From Candidatus Kaiserbacteria bacterium (lineage in GTDB: Bacteria; Patescibacteriota; Minisyncoccia; Phycocordibacterales; UBA2100): 64,000 bases of DNA. Below are positions 37,406-45,549 of the stretch, piece after piece. The notes under the pieces are model-generated. The model was not told where the DNA came from. It searched no databases and saw only the letters and a list, made by a program, of their open reading frames with translations. Every line of letters starts with the position of its first letter. Position 1 is the stretch's first letter. Made by a program: the position numbers and the translations under genes. The stretch is taken from contig JACPLC010000001.1 of assembly GCA_016186695.1 (NCBI GenBank), positions 174,706 through 238,705 on the forward strand. The letters run 5' to 3'.

Positions 37406-38225
37406 TCGATCAAATATACGGACGTTTCGCACTTCCGTTTTAAAGCATTGGCGCGAATACGGGCGGCACGATTTGCCGTGGCGGCAGACGAATGATCCGT
37501 ACAAAATTCTTGTTTCGGAAGTGATGCTTCAGCAGACGCAGGTGCATCGCGTCGTTCCGAAGTACAAGGAATTTTTGAAAACGTTCCCGACGGTCCGTCA
37601 TTTGGCAAGGTCTCACCTTGCCGATGTTTTGAGGGCTTGGAGCGGACTCGGGTACAACAGGCGGGCAAAATTCCTTCGTGATGCTGCGGTGCAGATCGTC
37701 GAAAAACTCGGCGGCAAGATCCCGCGTGACTACGAAACACTTCGTGCACTCCCGGGCATTGGCGATTACACAGCGAGAGCTATCCGTGTCTTTGTTTTCA
37801 ACGAGCCCGACATCCTCATCGAAACCAATATCCGCACAGCTTTCATTCATCATTTCTATTCTAGTATTTTGCAAAATACTGCAATAGCGGATGCCGATAT
37901 TTTTGCTTTGGCGAGTCAGACGGGGGAGGGGCAGGATCCGAGAGAATGGCACTGGGCGCTCATGGATTATGGAGCGTATCTCAAGCGCTCCGGTGTGCGC
38001 ACCAATCACCGAAGCGCACATTATGCGAAGCAATCGAAATTCGAGGGAAGTTTACGGCAGGTGCGGGGACAGGTTCTCCGCAATCTAATGAAAGGGGCGA
38101 AGGGGAAGAAAGGGGAGAAATGGGTAGAAGCGCTCGCTTCGCTCGTGCAAGATGGACTCGTCGTTGAGCAAAAAGGGTCCACCCGAGGCGGATCGGCCTT
38201 GGGCCGAAAGTGGCGCATTGCATAA
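37389..38225 (+). CDS. A/G-specific adenine glycosylase-like HhH-GPD protein (MutY N-terminal domain only, no Fe-S cysteine cluster)
   Basis: WREYGRHDLPWRQTNDPYKILVSEVMLQQTQVHRVVPKYKEFLKTFPTVRHLA is a close match to the MutY N-terminus. HhH is LPGIGDYTARAI. The C-terminal 80 aa lack the CX6CX2CX5C cluster and there is no NUDIX domain. Confidence 0.65.
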   Translation: MKKTDDRSNIRTFRTSVLKHWREYGRHDLPWRQTNDPYKILVSEVMLQQTQVHRVVPKYKEFLKTFPTVRHLARSHLADVLRAWSGLGYNRRAKFLRDAAVQIVEKLGGKIPRDYETLRALPGIGDYTARAIRVFVFNEPDILIETNIRTAFIHHFYSSILQNTAIADADIFALASQTGEGQDPREWHWALMDYGAYLKRSGVRTNHRSAHYAKQSKFEGSLRQVRGQVLRNLMKGAKGKKGEKWVEALASLVQDGLVVEQKGSTRGGSALGRKWRIA

Positions 38226-38278
38226 AAGACAAGGCGGCAAGGTTGTTGCCACCTTGTTGTTTCCGCCCCGTTGGATTA

Positions 38279-38557
38279 TCAGCCTTGCTGACAGAACCAT
38301 TGTGGTACGGCTTGGAGCGCGTCGACGACGTTTCGTACGTTACCATAACAGATCACTGTCGGTAACATAGCGAAGGCCGCAAATAAGACAACCGCTGTGA
38401 CGAGACCGATAATAAAGCCGAAACTCGACGGCTTTGGAATGAGCCAACAAAGAGTGAAGGCAAAGATCGCAGCAAGCATGACGTTTCCTTTCCCCTCTGC
38501 TTGAGGGCTGGTAGCAAGCTGTACCGCGAGTAAATAACGTCTGTGACCCAAAGTCAA
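38279..38557 (-). CDS. Small two- or three-TM membrane protein, hypothetical
   Basis: 92 aa, hydrophobic helices (MLAAIFAFTLCWLI, GLVTAVVLFAAFAML). Sits immediately downstream of RNase J on the same strand. Confidence 0.3.
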   Translation of the reverse strand: MTLGHRRYLLAVQLATSPQAEGKGNVMLAAIFAFTLCWLIPKPSSFGFIIGLVTAVVLFAAFAMLPTVICYGNVRNVVDALQAVPQWFCQQG

Positions 38558-40419
38558 ACACTGACAATAACCGGAATTACTATCGGTCTTTTCATTGTGC
38601 GCTGGAGAAGGAAGCGGGAGACGGATTCCGCGAGGTCGTCGCGGGCGGCGTCGAGGTCGGCCGAGCGGGGGTTGCGCAGCGATGTCTCAACCGATTTGCG
38701 GATGATGAGGCGCGTCTGATCCATCAGCTCTTTGTTGTCTCGCAGATACACGAATCCGCGCGAGATGATGTCGGGCGATTTGTGCAACCGGCCGGTGCGC
38801 CTGTCGATAGTCGCGACGACGACACAAAAGCCTTCCTGTCCGAGCGCTTTCCTGTCGCGCATGAGCACGTCCGAAAGTTCGGTCACCGTGTGACCTTCGA
38901 CGACGCGCATCTCCGAAGGAGCTTTCATCGGTAGCTTCACGATCTTTTCTCCTTTTTGTATCTCGATGACAGAGCCGTTGTCGGGGATAGCGATGTTTTT
39001 CGCATTCACTCCTTGCTCTATCGCAAGGTCGGCATGTACGCGAAGCATGTAATGGTAGCCGTGAACGGGGATGAAGAATTTCGGTTTGACCTGCCGGTGG
39101 ATCCACGCGGCTTCCTCGCGGTTGCCGTGGCCGGAAGCGTGCACATCGGAAGCGTGATAGGTGATGATGTGCGCGCCCTGCCGCGAGAGATTGTCTTTCA
39201 GTTTTTGCACGGCGCGTTCGTTCCCCGGGATGACGGATGAGGAAAGGACAACGGTGTCGGTCGGCGTGAGCCGGATGTATTTGTGCGTTTTGTTGCCGAT
39301 GCGGGCGAGCGAGGCGAATTCGTCACCCTGCGCGCCTGTCGCGAGGATAATTATCTTTTCGGGGGGAAAATGTCCGAGGTCCTCGACGTTGATGACGGTC
39401 TCGTCTTTGTACTTGATGAGTCCGATCTCCCGTGCGATCTCGATGTTCGTGCGCATGCTTCTTCCGTCGATGACGACTTTCTTGCCGTACTCTTCGGCGA
39501 AATGCATGACGCGGATGAGGCGCTCGAGGTGTGAGGCGAACATCGCGACGATGAGGCGCCCAGAACTCCCGCGGATTATCCCATCGAGCGTGCGATATAC
39601 GATTGATTCCGGTATAGAGAAACCGGGCTGCCAGACATTCGTGGAGTCCATAAGGAGAAGGAGGACATTCCGCTTCTTGAAGATGGAAAATTCCTGATGT
39701 TCCTCCTCCGTCGGCTCGCCGTTCTCGTGATCGAGCTTGATGTCGCCGGTAAAGACGACGTCTCCCCACGGCGTCTCCAGTATGATGCCCATCGAATCCG
39801 GAACGGTGTGGGTCACAGAAAAGAACCGGACCGTCGCTTGCCCTAGCTTTATGGTTTCGTCGGCCTCGACTTCGCGGATATTGACCTGCGTCGACTGCGC
39901 AAATTCCTCTTGTCGCTTGCGGATCATCTTGCCGGTGAGGCGGCGTGTGTAGATCGTCGGGTTTCCGATGCGGTCGATGATGTAGGGAATGCCGCCGATA
40001 TGGTCGAGGTGGCCGTGCGAGATGAGGAGGCCGCGGATCTTGTCGCGCCGCTCTTCGAGGTAGCTCGTATTAGGGAGGATGTAATCGACGCCCGGCGTTT
40101 CCTCCTCGCGGAACTGGAAGCCGCAGTCGAGGATGAAGATGTCCCCGCCATACTCCACAGCCGTCATGTTGCGGCCGATCTCCTCGACTCCTCCGAGCGG
40201 GATGATGCGGACGGTGTCTGTTCCCGGCTCCGGTATCATGCTGCGGGCCTCGCGCGGGGCGCTCGAGCGGTGTTCGACGCGGACGCGTCCGCCGCGCCCG
40301 CCACGCGGGCGCGGCGGATACGCGCGACCGCGACCACCTCGCCCGGAGCGTCCACGTGTTGGCATGGGCTCGCGGCGGAGATGCGGCTGTGACTGGGGGT
40401 TGTTATCTGATGGATGCAT
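38554..40419 (-). CDS. rnj: Ribonuclease J with an N-terminal Arg/Gly-rich extension
   Basis: Metallo-beta-lactamase motif ISHGHLDHIGGIPYI, beta-CASP and C-terminal domains. Total length fits RNase J. The N-terminus reads PTRGRSGRGGRGRAYPPRPRGGRGGRVRV. The ORF track starts at 40497; Met 40419 used so it does not overlap the upstream gene. Confidence 0.8.
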   Translation of the reverse strand: MHPSDNNPQSQPHLRREPMPTRGRSGRGGRGRAYPPRPRGGRGGRVRVEHRSSAPREARSMIPEPGTDTVRIIPLGGVEEIGRNMTAVEYGGDIFILDCGFQFREEETPGVDYILPNTSYLEERRDKIRGLLISHGHLDHIGGIPYIIDRIGNPTIYTRRLTGKMIRKRQEEFAQSTQVNIREVEADETIKLGQATVRFFSVTHTVPDSMGIILETPWGDVVFTGDIKLDHENGEPTEEEHQEFSIFKKRNVLLLLMDSTNVWQPGFSIPESIVYRTLDGIIRGSSGRLIVAMFASHLERLIRVMHFAEEYGKKVVIDGRSMRTNIEIAREIGLIKYKDETVINVEDLGHFPPEKIIILATGAQGDEFASLARIGNKTHKYIRLTPTDTVVLSSSVIPGNERAVQKLKDNLSRQGAHIITYHASDVHASGHGNREEAAWIHRQVKPKFFIPVHGYHYMLRVHADLAIEQGVNAKNIAIPDNGSVIEIQKGEKIVKLPMKAPSEMRVVEGHTVTELSDVLMRDRKALGQEGFCVVVATIDRRTGRLHKSPDIISRGFVYLRDNKELMDQTRLIIRKSVETSLRNPRSADLDAARDDLAESVSRFLLQRTMKRPIVIPVIVSV

Positions 40420-40439
40420 ATAGTATTGAGTACTTGTTT

Positions 40440-42251
40440 TTATTCTGAAGTGCGGCTTGTAAAGAAGTTCCAGACGCGTTCGGTGTCCGTGTACCACTCG
40501 TGTACGTTGAGATACCGCTCTGATGGAGTTGTGAGAGCGCCGAGTTCGACGCCACCGAGAAGCGCGGGAACGACATAAATAAATTCGGGCGCATAGAGAA
40601 ACACAGCGGGCGTATCGTTTGCGACAAGCTCTTGCAACTGCCCGTAGAGTTTCTCGCGCTCTCGCATGCTCGTCGTTTCGCGCGCGCGCGTCAAGAGCGT
40701 GTCGGCACGGCTATTCGCGTAGAGAGCGAGATTCAATCCGGGGTCGTTGCGCTGCGAGGAGTGCCAGAAGGCGAAGAGGTCGAGCGATCGCCCCACAACT
40801 TCTCCAAAAAGTACCGCCTCATAGTTTCGCGGTCGAAGCACCACCGAGTTTAGTTCCGAAAGTGAGTAGACTTGCACGTTTACTTTGATGCCGGCTGCCT
40901 CCCACATGCTCGCGAGCATCTCTGCTGTTGCCGAAAGCTCCGGTTCGTCTGCCGTCGCGAGCGTGAATTCGAGGATAGTTTTTTTCTTCATCCAAACGCC
41001 TGCTGTCTCATCGAATGTCCAGCCTCCCCGCGAAAGAATATTTCGCGCAGCTTCCGCGATTCCTTCCGATCTCGCGTCTTCTGCCTTGCCGTCAGCAAAT
41101 GGGGCGGGCGTCGCAGGAGAAACGGTACCGAGTATTCCCGGCGGAATAGGTCCGTCGAGTGGAACGCCGTATCCTTTCAAAACCTCGTCAATAAGGCGTT
41201 CCTTGTCGACAGCAGCATCCAAGGCGGAGCGGACGGCAGGCTCCGCTAGCACCGTATTCTTGCTTTGGTTCAGGAAGACGCCAAATGTGCGCGGAAGTGC
41301 AGCGCGCGCCATAGAGGCACCATTTGTTTTGAGAGTTTCTACTGCGGAAGGCGAGACGCTTGCAATACTGTCGATCCGTCCGGCGTTAAATGCCGCGATG
41401 AGGTCATCTTCATTTGAAAAGAAAAGAAAGGTGATTGTGTTGAGGTACGGTCGCCCAAGCGCAAAGTTGTCAAATGAGGATAATTCGTAGCGCGTTGCCG
41501 AACCGGTCGAGCTCGTTTTGAGATCGTCGACGCGGTATGGTCCGCTTCCGATGGGTTTTGTGTTTAACGTATGGAACGGAAACTCTTCCGCGGACACATC
41601 ACTCCACCGCGCTTTCGGCAAGATCCCGAGTGTTGCGTTTTCAAGGAAGGGAGCGTACGCGTGGGGCAGTGTGAATAAAACGGTCACCGGATTTGGCGCC
41701 GAGACCGAGACGCCCTCCCAGTCGGCGCGTCGCGCGCTCTTGATGTCAGGGTTTTGTGCCTGCTGTATCGTGAAGAGCACATCGGCCGAAGTGAGCGATG
41801 AACCGTCGTGGAATGTCAGTCCATCGCGTAGCGTGAAAGTGTAGACGGTACCATCCTCCGAAATGTCGTAGTGATCGGCAAGATCGGGAATAAGATTCCC
41901 CTCCGGAGTTGCGCGCATGAGACCGGAATAAACCAAAGCGGTAAGGTCTTTGTCCGGCCCGGAAAGCGAAAGCAAAGGATTCACGAATCGCGCGGGGCCG
42001 ATGACACCTTCGGTGAGCGTTCCTCCATGCGAAGGAACTTGCACCGAAACTGCGCCGGTCAAACCCACGATGATGGTAAGCACACTTATGACGAGTAGTC
42101 CCGCGAGTATTGAGACGAGAAGATGTTCGCCAGGCGAAAGTGCGCGGCGCACATGCTCGTATCGCGAAAGATGTGGCACATGGCGGTGCTTGAATAACTT
42201 GGTTTTAAGGTTCTCGGTATCTCTCCGAGAGGAGTCGAAATCGGAAATCAT
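40440..42251 (-). CDS. ABC transporter substrate-binding protein, family 5 (peptide/ nickel), membrane-anchored
   Basis: 603 aa, N-terminal TM LLVSILAGLLVISVLTIIVGL. Length and composition fit SBP_bac_5 (…GPYRV..., …LNLALYANS…). Confidence 0.7.
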   Translation of the reverse strand: MISDFDSSRRDTENLKTKLFKHRHVPHLSRYEHVRRALSPGEHLLVSILAGLLVISVLTIIVGLTGAVSVQVPSHGGTLTEGVIGPARFVNPLLSLSGPDKDLTALVYSGLMRATPEGNLIPDLADHYDISEDGTVYTFTLRDGLTFHDGSSLTSADVLFTIQQAQNPDIKSARRADWEGVSVSAPNPVTVLFTLPHAYAPFLENATLGILPKARWSDVSAEEFPFHTLNTKPIGSGPYRVDDLKTSSTGSATRYELSSFDNFALGRPYLNTITFLFFSNEDDLIAAFNAGRIDSIASVSPSAVETLKTNGASMARAALPRTFGVFLNQSKNTVLAEPAVRSALDAAVDKERLIDEVLKGYGVPLDGPIPPGILGTVSPATPAPFADGKAEDARSEGIAEAARNILSRGGWTFDETAGVWMKKKTILEFTLATADEPELSATAEMLASMWEAAGIKVNVQVYSLSELNSVVLRPRNYEAVLFGEVVGRSLDLFAFWHSSQRNDPGLNLALYANSRADTLLTRARETTSMREREKLYGQLQELVANDTPAVFLYAPEFIYVVPALLGGVELGALTTPSERYLNVHEWYTDTERVWNFFTSRTSE

Positions 42252-42293
42252 GGCGCGTTACACGCGCAGCGCAAACCCAGAAGGTGCGCAACG

Positions 42294-42536
42294 TTAGCTT
42301 ATTAGTAAATTGAGTACTGCCGACAAAACGAAGAGTATCGCAAGGCCAATCGTAGCATAGAAGAGGGTCTTTTCCAAACCACGGCGGGTGTGGAAACCGG
42401 AGCTGAAATTGTCGGCTCCGAAGGCGCCGCCTAGGGATGCTCCCGTGCGCTGCAGGACGACCGCGCCGATTAATAGAATCGAAAGCACGATTTGCACGTA
42501 CGGCAACACCGAAAGGAGAAAACCCATCCACGCCAT
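42294..42536 (-). CDS. secG: Preprotein translocase subunit SecG
   Basis: Two TM helices flanking LQRTGASLGGAFGADNFSSGFHTRRGLEKTL, the SecG Gly-rich loop. Start moved to Met10. Confidence 0.65.
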   Translation of the reverse strand: MAWMGFLLSVLPYVQIVLSILLIGAVVLQRTGASLGGAFGADNFSSGFHTRRGLEKTLFYATIGLAILFVLSAVLNLLIS

Positions 42537-42628
42537 CCTATCATAGGTCCTTACAATAAGCAACCTTGACCTGAACGTATGTCTTCACGTATATTGTCGT
42601 CACCAGTTAGCAACTTTCACGTCACGAT

Positions 42629-42949
42629 ATGAAAAAAGAGTCCAAAAAAACAAACACCCGTGTTACACCAATCGGCGACCGAGTTTTGGTAAAGCCGTTT
42701 GAAGCGGACGATGAGAAGTCTCCTGCAGGTATCATTATTCCCGACACGGCGCAGAAGGAAAAGCCGGAGCGGGGGAAGGTGGTCGCGGTAGGGGAGGGAA
42801 AGCGGGGCGACGACAACGAACTCATTCCCGTATCGGTGAAGGTTGGCGATACCGTTATCTTTTCGAAGTACGGCTACGATGAGGTAAAGATTGGCGATGA
42901 GGACTACTACATTATCTCGGAGTCCAACATTCTCGCCATCATTAAATGA
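42629..42949 (+). CDS. groES: Co-chaperonin GroES
   Basis: TPIGDRVLVKPFEADDEKSPAGIIIPDTAQKEKPERGKVVAVGEG, the mobile loop, and the cpn10 fold. Confidence 0.9.
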   Translation: MKKESKKTNTRVTPIGDRVLVKPFEADDEKSPAGIIIPDTAQKEKPERGKVVAVGEGKRGDDNELIPVSVKVGDTVIFSKYGYDEVKIGDEDYYIISESNILAIIK

Positions 42950-42990
42950 ATCTTCTAACCACTATCCACTAAACACTACTCACTTCTCTT

Positions 42991-44646
42991 ATGGCCGGAA
43001 AAAAAGTCATATTCGATCAGGAAGTTCGCACTTCCCTCAAGCGCGGCGTCGATATCGTCGCGGGTGCGGTGAAAGTCACGCTCGGTCCCAAGGGCCGCAA
43101 TGTCGCCCTGGGGAAATCATGGGGCGGTCCTACCATCACCAACGACGGCGTTTCTATCGCCAAGGAAATATCGCTTGAAGACAAATTCGAGGACATGGGC
43201 GCGAGCATTGTAAAAGAGGTGGCGACGAAAACGAATGACAAGGCCGGCGATGGCACCACGACCGCGGTTGTGCTTACGCAAGCGATCGTGCACGAGGGCC
43301 TGAAGCGCACGGCACTTGGTGCAAACGCGATGCTCGTGCGCCGCGGCATCGAGGCGGCGGCAAAAGACGCTGTTGAAGAACTTAAGAAAATGGCAAAGCC
43401 TATCAAGGGCAAGAGCGACATACGGCAGGTTGCCATGATCGCAGCAGAATCCGAAGAGCTTGGCAAAACCATTGCGGAGGTTGTCGAGAAGGTCGGCAAG
43501 GACGGTGTTGTCACCGTAGAGGAAGGCCAGACCACCGCCATCGACTACGAATATGTGGAAGGCATGGAGTTCGACAAGGGCTACGTTTCCGCATACATGA
43601 TAACGAATCCGGAGCGCATGGAGGCTGCGATCAAGGATGCGCCGATACTCATCACTGACAAGAAGATCTCCGGTATCAAAGAGATACTTCCGCTGTTGGA
43701 AAAAATTGCACAATCGGGCGACAGAGATCTCGTCATCATCGCCGACGACGTCGAGGGCGAAGCGCTCGCGACCTTCATCGTCAACAAACTGAAAGGCGCC
43801 TTCAACGTTCTTGCGGTGAAAGCGCCGGGTTATGGCGATCGTAAGAAAGAAATGCTGCAGGATGTCGCGATCACCGTCGGCGGGGAGGTCGTCTCCGAAG
43901 ATCTCGGAACAAAGCTTGAGAATGCCGAGCTCTCCACGCTCGGGCATGCGAATCGCGTCGTTGCCACCAAGGACTCGACGGTCATCGTTGGTGGGAAGGG
44001 GAAGAAAGCCGACATCGAAGCACGCGTCATGTCTTTGCGAAAGCAGCTTGAAAACACCGACTCGAAATTCGATCGCGAGAAATTGGAAGAGCGAATCGCA
44101 AAACTTTCCGGCGGTGTGGCGGTCATCCGCGTCGGTGCTCCGACGGAAACAGAAATGAAATATCTCAAAGACAAGATAGAAGACGCGGTGAACGCGACGA
44201 AGGCAGCGATTGCCGAGGGCATCGTTCCCGGCGGAGGAGCAGCGCTTGCGAAAGTCGCCGAGAAACTTTCAAAAAAGATAAATCCCAAGGAGCACGACGA
44301 ATACACGATTGGCTACCGGATCCTTCTCACCGCGCTTTCCGCTCCGCTCTTGCAGATCGCGGAAAACGCCGGTCGGCAGGATTCCGCGGTCGTTTTGCAG
44401 GAAGTCGTGAAGAAAGGAGGCAGCTTCGGCTTCAATGCGCTCGCCGAATCCGATGAGGAGTCAATCGTCGATATGTACGAAGCGGGCATTATCGATCCGG
44501 TGAAAGTGGCGAGAAGTGGTGTCGAAAACGCCGCCTCCGCCGCTGCCGTACTTCTCACCACAGAAGCAGCCGTCGCCGAAATCCCCGAGAAAAAGAGTAT
44601 GCCCGCAGGAGGCGGAATGCCGGGAGGAATGGGTGACATGGAGTAA
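42991..44646 (+). CDS. groEL: Chaperonin GroEL
   Basis: 551 aa with canonical cpn60 motifs (GPKGRNV, DGTTTA, AVKAPGYGDRKK). C-terminal GGM-type tail (GGGMPGGMGDME). Confidence 0.95.
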   Translation: MAGKKVIFDQEVRTSLKRGVDIVAGAVKVTLGPKGRNVALGKSWGGPTITNDGVSIAKEISLEDKFEDMGASIVKEVATKTNDKAGDGTTTAVVLTQAIVHEGLKRTALGANAMLVRRGIEAAAKDAVEELKKMAKPIKGKSDIRQVAMIAAESEELGKTIAEVVEKVGKDGVVTVEEGQTTAIDYEYVEGMEFDKGYVSAYMITNPERMEAAIKDAPILITDKKISGIKEILPLLEKIAQSGDRDLVIIADDVEGEALATFIVNKLKGAFNVLAVKAPGYGDRKKEMLQDVAITVGGEVVSEDLGTKLENAELSTLGHANRVVATKDSTVIVGGKGKKADIEARVMSLRKQLENTDSKFDREKLEERIAKLSGGVAVIRVGAPTETEMKYLKDKIEDAVNATKAAIAEGIVPGGGAALAKVAEKLSKKINPKEHDEYTIGYRILLTALSAPLLQIAENAGRQDSAVVLQEVVKKGGSFGFNALAESDEESIVDMYEAGIIDPVKVARSGVENAASAAAVLLTTEAAVAEIPEKKSMPAGGGMPGGMGDME

Positions 44647-44685
44647 GGCGCGCGACGCGGCCTTACGTAGTGCGACTAGGCGATT

Positions 44686-44955
44686 TCACCTGTATGCACT
44701 GCCGCGAAAATCGATGACATCAACGAAGATCGTGCGAGCCTGTGTGTCTATGGAAAAAATTATACGCACCTTGCGGATTCGAATACGGTAGAATCCTTCC
44801 CAGGCACCTGTCAGCCGCTTGATGTTTACCGCAACGTTTTCACCCGATAGTTTTCGAACGGCTTTTCTCACAGACCCGAGCACATAATCGTCTTGTAAAT
44901 GATGATTGGCGAGAAATTTGCTCGCCCTTCTTGAAAGTGATATCTGCCAATCCAC
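44686..44955 (-). CDS. Type II toxin-antitoxin system toxin, RelE/ParE family
   Basis: 89 aa with KFLANHHL...LTGAWEGFYRIRIRKVRIIFSID...IFVDVIDFRG, which is the RelE/ParE fold pattern. About 48% GC, lower than the flanks. Confidence 0.6.
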   Translation of the reverse strand: MDWQISLSRRASKFLANHHLQDDYVLGSVRKAVRKLSGENVAVNIKRLTGAWEGFYRIRIRKVRIIFSIDTQARTIFVDVIDFRGSAYR

Positions 44956-44958
44956 GGT

Positions 44959-45153
44959 CTAGAATCGAGTGCGGATCGATCGCTCGGCGCGGTGTGAGGG
45001 CTTCTTATAGAGTTTTTCGATTTCCCGTTGCTCCTTTTTTGACACGAGCGGCAGGAGCATGCCTCGAATCCGAGCCATCTCTGCCTCGAGCGCTTCGTGC
45101 ACGCTTTTATGTGCCAGCCGTCGTATTTCGTTTTTCAGTGTCGTAGTAGTCAT
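44959..45153 (-). CDS. Putative cognate antitoxin
   Basis: 64-aa ORF immediately upstream of the toxin on the same strand, with a 3-bp gap. Helical, charged. Canonical antitoxin-toxin order. Confidence 0.45.
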   Translation of the reverse strand: MTTTTLKNEIRRLAHKSVHEALEAEMARIRGMLLPLVSKKEQREIEKLYKKPSHRAERSIRTRF

Positions 45154-45330
45154 AATAGTTGCAGTATAGCGTATTTAGATTGTTGTGTCATCTGAATTTC
45201 TCTAAACTGAAATACTCGTTCTCTTTGGAAAACATACATAATCTGTATCTCGCCATGGCATCTCGGCCGAGTCATGGCGACATGGGGCCCCCCTGCCTAC
45301 TGGCAGGCAGGCGTTAAAGATGCGCGATGC

Positions 45331-45348
45331 GCTATCTCATGGGGTTAT
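45331..45348. repeat. Direct repeat copy A (gctatctcatggggttat); copy B at 50318..50335
   Basis: 17 or 18 of 18 bp identical to gctatctcatgg-gttat at 50318..50335. Both are preceded by gcg(n)g. The two copies bracket the 1572-aa ORF. Confidence 0.8.
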
Positions 45349-45549
45349 CCCCTCGGAGTTTAGCCAAAATGTGTCGAAGTCACGCTACTATATTGACGTA
45401 TGCCCGGTAGTGTAATGTGCCTTAGGCTTATACAAACCACGAAAACAAACCACGAACGTATCCAAAGTGCAATAAGTGAGACTTGGTCGCTCACGCCGCG
45501 GCAGCCATGCATGCAGGCCTGCCGCAAAGGCACATTCTACTAACCGGGT

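Noticed and set aside
43117-43947. 276-aa minus-strand ORF inside groEL
   Set aside because: groEL on the + strand is near-canonical over its whole length. The antisense ORF is an artefact.
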